Shown here piece by piece: positions 1 to 13,110 of a stretch of DNA of 59,693 nucleotides. Below the pieces are notes generated by a model. The model searched no databases. It worked only from the letters and a program-made list of their open reading frames with translations, and was not told the DNA's origin. The number at the start of each line of letters is the position of its first letter. Positions within the stretch are counted from its first letter, which is position 1. A program made the position numbers and the translations under genes. The stretch spans positions 481,390 through 541,082 of the forward strand of contig NMRA01000300.1 of the NCBI GenBank assembly GCA_002633005.1, written 5' to 3'. Origin of the DNA: Phoronis australis. Its lineage: Eukaryota; Animalia; Phoronida.

Positions 1-169
1 AGTCGACATCGGCGAGTGCCTCAGTTAACAGGCATCGGTAGAATAATCATGGAATAATCGTAAAAATAATCACAAACCTTACCTTTGTATGAGGTCGTGC
101 TTACTTCCTCTCATAGAAGCACCCTTTTTACGCAATCTCAGATTCAGTTGGCACGGCTGCAAGCCATTT

Positions 170-263
170 CACCATGTATTTAAAGGGCTCGCGAAATCGA
201 GGCTGTTAATCTATCACCACTAGTACACGCACGCCCTCTAGTTATAGTAGATTTTCCGAATAG
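170..263. mobile_element. Right end of a non-autonomous TIR element (same family as 40441..42349)
   Basis: Near-identical to 42254-42349 (CACCATGTATTTAA...CACCACTAGTACACG...TTTTCCGAATAGCC). Confidence 0.7.
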
Positions 264-299
264 CCCCATTCGGTTAGCGGGCTTCCAGTTGACCATGTT

Positions 300-790
300 G
301 TTTCAATATCACAGTACTCGTTCCCTCGTCATTTCATAGTGCTTCATTTTTTCTGTTCATGGAACATGCGATTTGAATAGACGCATCATAGACACCGACG
401 TTTGCTCTCGATGTCACCTTGTAAGTGTATCAGTTTTTGCTGTTTTCGTGTAAAAGCGAAATTGTCATGGTTTACTGTCATAAAATCGATCTCTTAATAC
501 TCCCCACCTCCATTTCGTTAGCCTATTAAAGTCACAAACGGTGCGTGCATGTGCTATTTTCGAATTTGGGTTGGCCAACATTTAGTCTGACGCGTTTTCT
601 CGAGTAGTTGATGGCTTCGGGTTTTACAAATCGTGATTTTTTCATTTTTTATTATTTATTGCTAATTAATTTGATTGTTTTATTTGACTTATTTTGCTCA
701 TTATATGTCCGTTTTAAACTTTACTTTTTCTCTGTTACTGTTGTGTGTATTTATTTTGTGTATTGCCAGTGATACTTGTTGTTTGGTGTT
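300..790 (+). repeat. Dispersed repeat family B, partial copy
   Basis: Colinear similarity to ~2560-3105 (TTCTGTTCATGGAACATGCG, CATAGACACCGACGTT, TACTGTCATAAAATCGA, TTTTACAAATCGTGATTT). Confidence 0.75.
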
Positions 791-1474
791 AACCTTTGTT
801 TTAGAAACTCACGTTAAATGAACTGATTGATTGATTCATCTCAGTAAGGAAGATTATGAGATCGATGTTTTTAGAGTAAAAAGACGAATTCGATTTTCAT
901 GTTTAAGTTAGCCAGCACACAGGGCGATATGCATCTTTAACTGAAGTTGGATGAGTCTCGTGGGGTTGAATTTTCTGATGAACTTGAAGTGTCAGTGGCT
1001 GCTTGTGTGTTCCTTCTAGGACCAAATACTCCCAAATTCCTTGACCTTTCTACACTGACTTATGCTGATTTTGACCGCACATATATCCTCAGCCGTGGCA
1101 CTCTGAGATAATGTAATCATGAGAAAAGAACAATGGTGTTAATTTGAATAGTCCAGTGAGCCATTGTAAACCTAGTTAGACATTCGTTTTTTCTCACTGT
1201 TTTTCCTCATTTCTTTCACCGGTCTTGAATGTAGACACATACTGCCAAGTTGCAGTTCACAGCTCAGGATCTAATTTTTAATATACTCACAATCTAACTA
1301 GAAAACATTTGGCTTATCTGTTCTACTTTTGTGTGTACTCAAGATAACGAAGTGTGTCTGCCCTCGAGAACATTAGGTTTTATGAGTATGAGTTTTTAGT
1401 CCAAGTTCGCACTTAACTGATGACCCCTATCCGTCGGTTACTGCGTGGCATTCTAGCATCTTTTTGTGCGGGAA

Positions 1475-3105
1475 TCAGCGCTACGTAACCCTGTACAAAG
1501 GAATTGTTGGTCAGTCCAATTGAGGAAAAGGCGAAGGGTATAAGTAAAGAAGGATCCATTTGTTCACTTAAATATACATGTATCTAACGAGTGAAATACC
1601 ACATACACCATGGTGTGTACTAGAGGCATGTTCTAACAGACTCGAAATAAGCTCCCATGCCCGTCAACACCAAACTTTACTCGAGATTCAAATGGAAAAT
1701 TGAGAAATAACGTGCCTTGTTCTCACTTTTTCGAAGAAATCGCTTCACGCAGCGAACACCTGCTAAATGCGTTCGGATTGCCACGTGATTGTTTCGGCGG
1801 TAAATTCGGTTGAAGGACTTCGAGTTAACTCAGTCGTTTTAAGATTACTCCGCATTTTATCGTGCTTCAGTGTTTTCTGTTCATGGAACATCCGAGTTGC
1901 ATCTACGAATCATAGACACCGACGTTCTATCTCGATTTTATCGTGTAAGTGGAAGAGTTTTTGCTGTTTTCGTGTAAAAGCAAAATTGTCATGGTAAGCT
2001 GGTGTATACTAGAGGTATGTTCAGGGGCGGATCCAGGATTTTGAGTTAGGGGGGACAGGGCACAGGAATAATCAGAATTTTGCCACACGCTTACGCCCAG
2101 CCTAAACTGTAGTGATGCTGAGGTCTCGAATTTTCGGATTTGAGGACCTTGTTACTAAGAAAAAAAACGGTAAACGTGGTTTGTTCAAGGATGATGCATT
2201 GTGCATTCCCACCCCGAAGCCCCTGGGTGCACACATATGCTACTCAGCAATTCGGACCCCGAACTACCAAACGGTATCTGGGAAAATTTTAGGGGGGCAT
2301 GACCCCCTTACCCACCCCNCCCCACAAATTCGCCACTGATGCTCAGAGTCGAAATAAGCTCCCATGCCCGTCAACACCAATCTTTACTTGAGATTCAAAT
2401 GGAAAATTGACAAATAGCGTGCTTTGCTCTCATTTTTTCGAAGAAATCGCTTAACGCCGCGAACACAAATTAAATGCATTTGGATTTTTTCGAAGAGATT
2501 GCCACGTGATTGTTTCGGCGGTATAATTCGGTTAACTTCAAGATGACTACGTCGTTTCAAGATCACAGTACGTGTTCCCTCGTCATCAGAGATGTCATCG
2601 TGCTTCAGTGTTTTCTGTTCATGGAACATGCGAGTTGAATCGAGGAATCATAGACACCGACGTTAGCTTTTTATTTCATCGTGTAAGTGGAGCAGATTTT
2701 GCTGTTTTAGTGTAAAACCTTTTGCCATGGTTAGCTGGCTAAAAAATAGAACTCATTTACTGTCATAAAATCGACATCTTAATACTCCTCACCGTGAAAG
2801 GATTCCCTTTCGTGAGCCTATTGAAGTCACAAGCGTTGCGTGCTCGTGCTATTTTCGAATTCTCAATTTTAGGGTTGGCCAAACTTATCAAGTCTGACGC
2901 GTCTTCTCGAGTCGTTGACGGTTTCAGGTTTTACAAATCGTGATTTCTGCATTCTATATATAGTATTGCTAATTAACTTAATTGTTTTTATCTAACTTAA
3001 TTTATTCATTATTTGTTTATTTTAAACTTTACCTCTTGTCTGGTACTGTTGTTACATGTATTTATTTTGTGTATTGCCAGTGACACTAGCATAGCTGCTG
3101 GTGTT
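1475..3105 (+). repeat. Dispersed repeat family B, two tandem partial copies (about 1475-1997 and 2000-3105), the second interrupted by a MITE
   Basis: TCGAAATAAGCTCCCATGCCCGTCAACACCAA..GAGATTCAAATGGAAAATTGA occurs at ~1642 and ~2349. Homologous to 36472-36830 and 38620-39300. Confidence 0.75.
2022..2338 (+). mobile_element. hAT5-like MITE, family C
   Basis: Termini CAGGGGCGGATCC...ATTCGCCACTG; flanks ATGTT/ATGCT (5-bp TSD, 1 mismatch); inserted into family B. Confidence 0.8.
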
Positions 3106-3999
3106 AAAGTCCAAGAAGCGCACGTTGTTAACCCATATTACATGGTTAGAGGATGCTATAAGGATCCAAGAAGTACCTACACCATAACTAATACACAATA
3201 CGTAATCGAATAAAGTTAAAAAAACGCGCCACTCACGATTGGGACCCGAAGAACACACGGCCATTTTGAACTTACCGCGAACCCGGAAGTGCTATTCTTC
3301 CGGGAACCCAGGCTTAGTATACGCCGTCTGTGCGACTGGAGCATTGTCTGTTACTAGCCTGCAAACCGGGTTAAAATAATCGACAGCGCGCCTTAATGTT
3401 ATAAAATTAAAATTGTATCGAAACTGCAGACTAAATGAGGCGAGTACATTTTGACAGAAATTATTTTGCCGGCCCGCACCCGATCGGACCCGTTGCGGAC
3501 GGAGACCAGACACTGGCGAACGGTAAATGCATGCGGTTGTTCAAATCATCAAGGACTTATACATACAAAGGTAGTTTCAGACATTTGCATCAAGGAGCGT
3601 ACTTGTACAGGAGAATTCACTCCGCATTCTTACCATTCCCCGCAATGGTTACCGGTCGAAACACTAGCGCTCCAAGCGGTGAATAATCAACACTTACTTA
3701 GGAGCGCAGTCCGAACAATGTAAACACTGATGAATTCATACTTTAATGACGTTCAACGTGCAATAAAATTAATGTGTGATTGAAAATTGTTAGAATACAT
3801 AAACATCCACTTATAATCGAATGAGAATGAAAATGTGTATTTTAATCAATATTAAAGTGTATTTGTTTTTATTCTGTTGAAGTTCCCTTCAAAATCTATC
3901 ACGGTTTTGTTTCATGTCTGAGTTCTTAGCAAGGCAAATTATCTTTCCTTATAACAGTTCATACCTCCATGGACAATAAAATTTGAATGATTGCTCCTG

Positions 4000-4305
4000 G
4001 GGGTTCAGGGGGTAATTCCCCACAGGTGACAGCTAAGGGGGTACCAGGAAAAAACCAGGTGGGCGCCAAATGGGTGTTGACCACCTCCCAGGGGGGTTAC
4101 ATGGGAGGAGTGCTAAACAGGTAAAAACCAATGGGGTATGCCACATGGGTGTTGAGCCCCTCCCATCGTCACAAATTTTGGTTGCTCCCCTGACCACTGA
4201 CAAACATGTTGCCCCCAGCTCAATGCCGGTTTCACCTCCACCCAACAATTTCGCATGTGTTCCCTATTCAATGCACCAGGATACTAACAATTGTTTGGTG
4301 CAGTG
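4000..4305. mobile_element. Possible CACTG-terminated (CMC/Transib-like) element end with internal sub-repeats
   Basis: Ends GTTTGGTGCAGTG (reverse complement CACTGCACCAAAC); ATGGGTGTTGA..C.CCTCCCA occurs twice. The partner end was not found. Confidence 0.3.
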
Positions 4306-4426
4306 AGTGTTACACATGTAAGAAGAAGAAAACAATTGATCACTACCACGAAATTGTAATATAATTTTAGAACATCCCATTATTTCTTAGACATGCCAGC
4401 ATAGGGTAAACTCGATCGCACTCTCC

Positions 4427-4662
4427 CACGCGCGCACTCAGAGGGCTCGGGGAGCTCGAACGAGCCCCCTTATTTGGCGAAGTGGGCAAAAACGTCCACC
4501 CCAGAGAGACAAAAAGTCCGAGATAATGGGACAAAAGTCCACTAAAGAAACGCAAATGCGCAATTCACAGTGGTGGTCCCGTTTTTTTTTTTCTTATTTT
4601 TGTAGTTGGCCCACTCATTTGTTAGCAAAAGGTCTACATCGTCAGGAATTCGAGCCCCCTCC
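4427..4662 (+). mobile_element. MITE family F, 3'-truncated copy
   Basis: Similar to 8809-9072 (GGGCTCGGG..GCTCGAA.GAGCCCCC, GCGCAATTCACAGT, CGTCAGGAATTCGAGCC). Confidence 0.7.
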
Positions 4663-5384
4663 ACATTGAGTACATCACCACTCATAACTAGTCGAAGTTC
4701 AAAATGTCATGACGAAATAGATAAGAGCTCCTGAAGAGCAATCAAAATATTCACTAGCCACACAACTTCATACAAAACTGAATTAAAAAGACTTGGATGA
4801 TAAAACTAAAATTTTATTTTCTGTACCCACTGTTCATATTATCAATAACAGTAAATCTTTCAGGTAAGCTAAAGCTAGACCACAAGATCATATTTGTTAC
4901 TTAGCCACAACTGGGGCTTAAATTAATCACAATCTCCAAAAACGTACAAAATGGGCAACACATGCATCAATACAACAAAAAATCTAACCAAACTTCTCAC
5001 TCTCTATTAATTCACTAGTAAACAACAGGTCTTTTTACCAAGGAAATGCGTTGAAGCTGATAACTAATTTACTCACAGAGGTATTTGTCATTGAGAAGCA
5101 AAATGATACGGATAGCTTGGGTTTAACAAACTGTCAGCCCACCATTCAGACTCTAAACGACCCATCAGTTTCACTTTGGCTCTCTTTAAATCACAGGCTA
5201 ACAATTCATAAAATGTTTTAATCTGACCAACCTTAGTAAAATACGAAAACCAAAATTTTGACTAATTGTCCTTTGTACACGTGATGTTCCAGCACTTGCT
5301 TTGTGAGACGATAATCAGAAACTGCAAAAAAGCCTATTCCACTGCTGTAACATAATTTCCGGAGAACTTTTTGATATCTTCATT

Positions 5385-5545
5385 TTTGATGGATTCGGGA
5401 CATTAAATACTGCTCGGGCACTGGATTCAATACCAGCTTGTTCTTCAGTCATGAACATGGACTCCTCGAAGTGATGAGAGCATAAGTTGCAGTTCTTGGA
5501 CAAGTAGGTTGCATCTCCATTCATAAGGTCGGCTCCCATAATAAA
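5385..5545 (-). pseudogene. THAP domain C-terminal remnant (transposase relic)
   Basis: ADLMNGDATYLSKNCNLCSHHFEESMF...AVFNVPNP matches the THAP C-x2-HF...AVPTxF signature, degenerate. Confidence 0.65.
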
Positions 5546-5707
5546 TTGACTGGCCTTGGTGCATTGCAAGCTTCAAGGTATAAGACATATAATATCCAAA
5601 TAAAAACATATTCTATAAAGAGTTCGTCTCACCCACTTGTTAGACGAAGTACAGGCTCTATTTTCTATGTTTTGGTTATACTAATTGTCGTAGCTCGCTA
5701 TATCAAT

Positions 5708-5928
5708 ATAGACAATCTAAATCCGTGGTCATGACCATAATATAGAATGGTGCACTAAATATACATGTATAGACGTTCTAAATCCATGGTCATGACCATC
5801 AATATACAGTAGAACAGCGGTACAAAGGTAGACACTCTATATCCATGGTCATTAAATAGAATAGCGTGCTACATATATAGACATTCTAAATCCATGGCCA
5901 TAACCATAATGTAGAATAACGCACTAAC
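5708..5928. repeat. Degenerate minisatellite, about 4 x 50-60 bp
   Basis: TAGAC..TCTA.ATCC.TGG.CAT recurs four times. Confidence 0.8.
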
Positions 5929-6656
5929 CCCTGTACGTAAATCCGACACTGTCAAGTATTCACGAGGGAAGTTGATATTGCAAATTCATCAAAAAATAAC
6001 TCAAAACATTCTTGCACACCACAGCCATTCGACCCAAGCAACTAAAAATTTGAAAAAATACAGTAGGATTGCCGCCATCCATCGAAAGAGTGGAAGTTTG
6101 AGGAACGTGAAGACCAATACTTGTGAATTACATGTGCATGTACATGTACACAAAAGGATTTTTTCTGATGGTTAGTTATGAAATGATCTTACTGTTTCCC
6201 GTAGTATCACAAGAATAGTATCTCTTTTGAAGATGGTTACTATGAGTTGTTTGTAAGGAATTCCTATACTTGTGGAAAACACTGCTGTCTACTACGCTAC
6301 TATTTGTAATGATCGTGTACATGTCGAAAGGGGTACTCAAAGAACTCTCGCAATAATCAGCGTTTTCCAAAACTGGATCACCATAAAAAGAATCTTGACC
6401 TGAGAGCGAGCGCAGAGGACCGGTATGAGCTAAGCTGCATGTCTCAAGTGAATCATAGTTGAGCTGACCAGCAACTAGCTTCAGTTCATCGAGAATTTCG
6501 TATTTTCACACTGTTAGTTCTCAGCTATAGCTACATGTACATGTACTTGAGGCAGCTCCTCGCTACAGGAGAGGGTACTGGCCCTAGGCCCATTCTTACT
6601 ATCCGTGTTGGTTCACGGTTACTCACCTCTTACTAGCTGGATCCAAGGGATTGTCC

Positions 6657-6805
6657 CAGGGGCGGATGCAAGATTTTGAGTTGGGGGAGGGCAGATTATT
6701 AGCCAGGGTTTCACCAGTCAGAAATTCGCACCACCAAACTGCCAATTGGAATCTGGGAGAATTTTAGGGGGGACATGTCCTCTTGGCCCCCTAAGTCCGC
6801 AACTG
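6657..6805 (+). mobile_element. MITE family C, short copy
   Basis: CAGGGGCGGATGCAAGATTTTGAGTTGGGG...AAGTCCGCAACTG; TSD degenerate. Confidence 0.75.
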
Positions 6806-7405
6806 TGCCTCCACACGTGGGAGATTAGGTTCAAATATGGTGGCATCGAGAGGAGGGGGGTCGGTGGGTAGCGAAGGTGGTGACGAGGGGGGAGTTATNC
6901 CCTCCATAAGGTTTGCCTTCCTACGGGCCTGAACTAAGATACGAATTGAGAATGATTCAACTTCAAGTCTCAACATTTAAGCTATATTGGTCTTTTGCAA
7001 TTGATTCAAAATTAAATTAGTACAATGAAATATGTATGTCTTTTTTAATCAAGTTACACCGATGTGTCTTTTGCATGAAATCATCACCTCAGCTACGCCA
7101 ATTCTGGTCAGGTACACTAGGATGTTAAAACAAAAATCAAGTGCAGGCGGTCTGATACACGTTGTACCAGACGTGCGCAGGCCTTGCATGCTCGCTGGTT
7201 CCCAGCGTGCAGCAAGGTGGGGCGATAGCCGCGCCAGCACGCAGGTATCACTTAAAACAAAATGCAGTCTTAATCAGTCCATATCCACATCGCCTCGCAT
7301 ACGATCGACCTTACCTTGCCGAGAGGTGTCGCGTTAACCTCTGAGAAATGTGAGAAACGACACAGCGACGTTAGTTGTTCATCTGCAGAGTGAATGCCGC
7401 TATGT

Positions 7406-8393
7406 CATAGGCGGATTTAGGGCCCCCCTCCTTGGCTGCCGCAAAAAAAATAAAACAGTAAGAGCGTAGGGAAATGGTGAGTTTATTAATTAACCCCGGT
7501 AATTAAAATTATACGGATGAAAAAAGATTTAAATGTGTGCAGTCTTAGTGTTGGGGGGGGGGCTCAAATACAATTTCAAGTGTCAAATTCGGAACACGGC
7601 GCGTTCGTAACGGAACTATGGCTAAGTATAGAATCTCCCGCGATATCCTAGGCGACCGGCAGTGGCGCTGTGCACTACGACTCCGTTTCCGTCGTCTGCT
7701 CCACTGTGCAATGAAGAAAAGTTACTTCATTTTTAAAGAGAATGGAACCTGAGTGACGATGAAAAAACAGAAGCTGCTGGTAAGATGTGAATTTTAATCG
7801 AAGCCTTAGTGAATCACTCAGAAACTCGCAATACTCTCTTTGTCAAACCTTAGCTTAAGACGATTTCCAAAGCAATCCCGTCATTATTGCCAACACGAAA
7901 AACGGATTTGGTCTTTTGGGCATTTGAAGACTATTTTAAATACGACAAATTTGTTAAGAATTCATGGCACAAAATATAAAACGTGTAATAAGCATTACGA
8001 AAAGAAGTAGGTTTCGCGCGCAAACGCTGTGGCCCATAAACAAGTAAGTCTTTTAGTACGAGAGTAGTAGTTATAAATCGTGGTGGTGTAGTGGTAACGT
8101 ACGCGCCCTCTATCCGCCAGGTCGTGAGTTCGAGTCTTTGATACCTGCATTTCTTCCTGTTTGACACGTTCTCCGTGTTTTTTTTGGCCTTTTTTCTTGG
8201 ATAATACTTCAGGAATCAAGGAAAATGCTTGATTTTTAGAGGTAAAAACAGAAAAATTTCCTGGGCAAAGCCCCCTCCCGACCTCCCCTCATTCGGTGCT
8301 ATGCGCATCTACAATCGTGGTTCAGTTTGCGCAAATGCTTCCAGCCGGACAAAATGTTGGGCCCCCCCTTGTGATATCCTAGATCCGCCACTG
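7406..8393 (+). mobile_element. hAT5-like non-autonomous element, family D, with internal tRNA-derived segment
   Basis: CATAGGCGGATTTAGG...CCTAGATCCGCCACTG; perfect 5-bp TSD TATGT (7401-7405, 8394-8398). Confidence 0.85.
8077..8146 (+). other. tRNA-derived Pol III A/B-box cassette (not a functional tRNA)
   Basis: A-box TGGTGTAGTGG 8084-8094 and B-box GAGTTCGAGTCT 8126-8137; no acceptor stem. Also at ~26950-27006 (+) and ~49300-49357 (-). Confidence 0.65.
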
Positions 8394-8808
8394 TATGTTG
8401 CGGTATATCGTTCCCGCTTGTCCGAAATATGCAGCTGCGAGGAAAGAGAGTACATCGTTTTTTCAAATTCCTCGAGAGTCCAAAATACTTAGGAAGTGGC
8501 TCGCGGTAGTGATGAATGAAAAGTACGCTGTTAATAACCAGTATGAGGCCGTGAAACATCTCCGTGTCTGTGGCCGGCGGTCGTCGTCAGTCACTTTGAC
8601 CATAGACTATAGTACATGGACCGACAACTCCGTATACTTTCATTGGACGAAATCTGTGATCTTACGCATAGGCCCTCACTTCATAATTCCCCTGCGACAC
8701 CTGGCTAAATTTTCTGGTGCAATTTCTGGAGAGTACGTCGTCTGCTAATCATGGTCGGCTTCTGTGTGGCCGGTTGTTCGGCCACAGAGGCGAAATGCAA
8801 AGGAATTA

Positions 8809-9072
8809 CATGCACGCACCCGGGGGGGCTCGGGTGGCTCGAATGAGCCCCCCCCCCCCATTTGGCGAAATGGGCATAATGGCCTTCCCCTGACAGACGA
8901 AATGTCCTAGGAAATGGAACAAAAGTCCAGTAAATAAGCGCAAACGCGCAATTCACAGTCAGTGGTGCTCCCGTTTTTTTTGTTTTTTTTAGTCCGCCCG
9001 CTCTTTTGTTACCAAAAGGTTCATAACGTCAGGAATTCGAGCCTCCCATTTTGAAGGCTAGGTGCGCGCATG
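8809..9072 (+). mobile_element. hAT5-like MITE family F, full length
   Basis: TIR CATGCACGCACC / GGTGCGCGCATG; perfect 5-bp TSD AATTA. Confidence 0.85.
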
Positions 9073-9974
9073 AATTAGCTTCCATACCATCCGAAGATCC
9101 CATAATCGGCTGTGGGAAGAAAAGCTTATTTCTTGTGTCAACGTGAATGGCATTTGTTTCAGCAATAATACATTATACACTTATTCTGAAAGGCACTTTG
9201 AAGATGGACGTTTTTAAGAGGCTCTGGTAGGCCTACTGCTTAATCTTGTCTTCACAAATCCATTTTTGTTTTTTCCTTTTTTATGAAAACTATCTGGTAA
9301 ACTTTTTGACGAAACTTGTCCACTGAATTTCTTCCAAAGGTAGTGACTCATGAACTCCTGTCCTTACCAGGAACTTCAGCCATAGTCTAGTGAGCGAATT
9401 AACCAAATTACTCTTCGCTGGCCCTGATCAGACTGTTGGTCTCAGCAGAATGAGCACATTTGGTCAGGATTTGGACCAGCGATTTTAACAAATTCACATT
9501 CGTGTACAAATAAATGGAGCGCTGGTAAAACCTTTAACATCAATAAAGATTACATTAATACTTCAGAAATAACCACCTGGTCCAGTCAAAATCTATCTCG
9601 CAATTCAACAGCAGGTTACACACTCATATCATGTCGAATACATGCCGCACAAAATCTCTCGACTGCAGTCTATGAAAATGCAACCAACTTCTTTGAAAAC
9701 ATGGAACTGGAAATTACACCAGAGGGGTGTGAATGTTGTTTTTATTCTTCAATGTTAAATTTTTGTAAGCAGACAAATGATTTTTAAATTTCCGCCTTAA
9801 ATCCTAACATTTCCAAACTTAAGCCGTTCCAACGAATGCTTATGACGATAACACAATTCTTCAACCAGATTTGTAAAATTCCTATGCCGCCTGTAGGGTA
9901 CATAATGAACCAATCCCACTCCTAATGTAACAAAAGGGTCCCGTGCACACTAAGTATTGCCCTCCTGAAATATT

Positions 9975-10145
9975 ACCGTATTCGCTCTAATAAGCGGCCA
10001 GGGCGATTAGAAAAATCCGCTTCAGGAAAGGGGGCGCATATTATAGCCCAAAAGTGGTTGAAACCCGGTCTCCGAAACAGGTGAAATCGTAAGCTAGAAT
10101 TCATCAAATTTACGCTCTGTGACGCATCTGTAACCTATGACAAAG
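9975..10145. mobile_element. pogo/Tc1-mariner-like MITE end
   Basis: TACCGTATTCGCTCTAATAAGCG...; reverse-complement match to ~35383-35522. Confidence 0.7.
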
Positions 10146-11728
10146 TTTCTACAAAACTGCAGTGCATTGCTATCTAATTTTGTTGAGCTTATTTCAGAAA
10201 ATCCCACTGCCAAAAATTGCCGCGAATCAGGTTTCAAACACCTCAGCTTGGTTTAACTATGTATTAATAAACCATAAAAATGGTTCCAAGTTATCAATGC
10301 AATGCGCCCAAATGCGCTGCCTGCGCACGTCTGGTAAAGCGTGTATCATGCAGCTCCTAATTTAAACAAAGGTCTCGCTTTTTAAATCTGGTCCGGTATA
10401 AATATTGCCACAGACCTGGAAATCCAGCGAAACACTTCTACCTTACAAATATGATAATCCCTAGTCTCAGAAAAATTGAGCACCCGGCAAAAGATACTAA
10501 TGATGAAATTCCGGTGATGATAATCACCCACTTTGTTGATTTACTTCACCTATAGTTGGTAAACTGAAGCCCATTCGAGTAAGCACCATGTGGACCCAAA
10601 TGCCATCCCAATATATGATAGAACCCAAAACGCTCAAGTTGCAGTCAAATCAGGATGGGCATAAATAAGGAAATTTACTGTATCAACAGACTGGCCAAAT
10701 AAGAATAAGATACAAAGTATTGCTACAGTGCATACGTGCACAATACTTGGTCTGTTATTTTCCAGCCGTAAATGCATGAACCAATTAGATCACCAATGGC
10801 GAAAAGTTTTCGAAATTAGCTCGATTCTTAGGGAGTCCTATTGCTGCTCTATTTTTTCAAAACTTTATTGTGTTACATTTAATTTATTTTCTGTTCAACT
10901 CAATGAAGCCACTTAATATGAATGCATTCAACACAATTAATGCATTGTAAAAAACAAAAGTTATGCTCTATCAACATTCGACAAAACTCAGGTCAGTACA
11001 CCCCTTTCTTAAAAAATGGGTTAAAAGTTAGAAAGAAAGGACACAAGTTTCCATCAGTTGTAACGTCGATTTTCGACATTGATGTTGGGGATGTCTAGCG
11101 ACAGTAACAAGGAATCGTACGAAGGCGATGATTTTTAAAATTTGATTCGTTTTTGTTTTATGTCTTTTTCCCTACGCTTCAGGATTACTTCTGATTCTAG
11201 GAACAAGAACTGAAAGAGGCAGGGTTCGCGATAACGTTGGAGCACGGTAACAATTATATAAGGTGTTACAACTTCATCGATATTATCATCTCCTCTGTTT
11301 TCATCCAACCTTGCCTGATGAAAACTTTAATGAAGAGGACCTTCAGTACTTGAGTGAGCACGGTATACTGTGTTATTTATGTTGAATTATTCAACGTTTC
11401 TTTTAAGAACCATTTCACGCTTATACCTAAGGCTCATGCACAGTACAACCAACGGCCCTTTTAAGGGCCACTCAACACTTCCCAGAAGAACTGCTCACTT
11501 GAGAATGTTGAATTATAAACACGCAAAGGTTAAACTAGTCAGATCGTTGCAGAGACGCATTTTTAATTCGAACAAAATTAATATTTTTCTAAACCAAAAA
11601 CGTTATATAAGTATCTCTTGCATTCACAGGTACTCCTTGGAATCTGTGCACAAACATGCTTTCGTATTTTTCTCAGTAGGCCTATGTGAACCATAAATCA
11701 CAAACTGTCCGATAACTATGCTGCTATT

Positions 11729-13110
11729 GCAAAAGGTACCCGCTCATCCAAAACATTTACGACAAACAGATGGCGCTGGATGCAATGATGCTTTACTAAC
11801 AGGTAGCGCTGCTCACAGTCATGCGACATTCTTGTGTGAACTGAATCTTGACCCAGCACATTGACCTACATTCTACAGCTGCTGACGTCACATCGCCGTT
11901 GTGACATGATGAGCTCAGTGCTTCATACCCTCTGACACAGCGCCACCTTCGTTTAGCACTGTGATAGAGTGTAAGTGCTTCACTCTTTTTTTATACTGTC
12001 AGCTGTTATTAATCATGGCCACCAACATGTTTATAGTGCATGGTTCAGTTCGTTAAATAGATACTATATAAGTTGAAACCACTCTCTTTTGCCCTAGTGT
12101 TGATAGAACAAATATTACAGACGTTTCAACTTGGTGAACCATCAGCTGCCGTGCCACGGCCAGTCCGGTCTGCTTGACTGTTGTTGGCTAACGAGACACT
12201 GAATGAAAAAGAAAATATCGCAAGAGAATACAACCTAGCATGTATATCACCATGTACAAGCATAATTTAAAAAAATATAGTGGCTATATTTCAACCTAAT
12301 TAAAATTATGATTGTTGAGTTGCCAATATCTCGCCGGGCGGAAAAGTGGCCGGGCCCGGTTTAGTAGCCACCTTAAAAGCTGGTGGTGTGGGCAACCAGG
12401 CTCATGCTTCCCAAAGGATTGCAACATTGTAGGCTGCAAATTGTAAGATAAATTTCACCTCACACATTTAGGTTTAGTTTGGCTCAAACTTCTGACAGAA
12501 AAATACCCGACAGAATGTTTAATGTCAACACTGCATGGGGGAATTATGTAACAGCTAAACGTGAATTATCAAAACTCTTTATGCATTTTTGACCGAAAGG
12601 ATTAATTTTGGCATGGTAAAATGATTTATTATATGGAGTTTATCGGGTGAACGTTCAAGTACTGACCAATAAGTTCGCTAAAAACTAGACGATTGAAGAG
12701 CAAAAATCGGTTTATTAGACCAACTTATATGTCGCCTCACCATGGTCACGTTCATTGAATTATATTTTACCCCAGCATTTAGGCCGAGGAACCACAACAG
12801 CGTAGATTATTTGAACACTTTCATCTTAATTATATGTTATAAATAGTTATTACAAGAGGGGTTTTAATCATGGAATGTCGGACACAAAGATTTCTTTTCC
12901 ACACAAATTCGCCACTCATCAGGACATACACTTTCTGGTTCATGAACTTTCGTGACCTGTGGCTACAGTCAGCAGCAGCAGAATGTAGGTCAAGGTGCTT
13001 GGTCAAGATTCTCTGGCAGACAGTCTTATCTGAGCGATAAAATGACACGTGATTGATGAGAAGCGACATCTGTTTGTCGTAAAGGTATTGGATGAGCGGG
13101 TACCTTTTGC
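11729..13110. mobile_element. Mutator/MULE-like non-autonomous element
   Basis: ~49-bp TIR GCAAAAGGTACCCGCTCATCCAA.AC.TTTACGACAAACAGATG.CGCT; perfect 9-bp TSD GCTGCTATT (11720-11728, 13111-13119). Confidence 0.85.

Noticed and set aside
5708-5928. Repeat with variable intervening sequence (CRISPR-like)
   Set aside because: The intervening parts are related to each other and the repeats are degenerate, so this is a minisatellite.
8077-8146. Functional tRNA gene
   Set aside because: No complementary acceptor stem, poor anticodon arm, and embedded in a multi-copy MITE.
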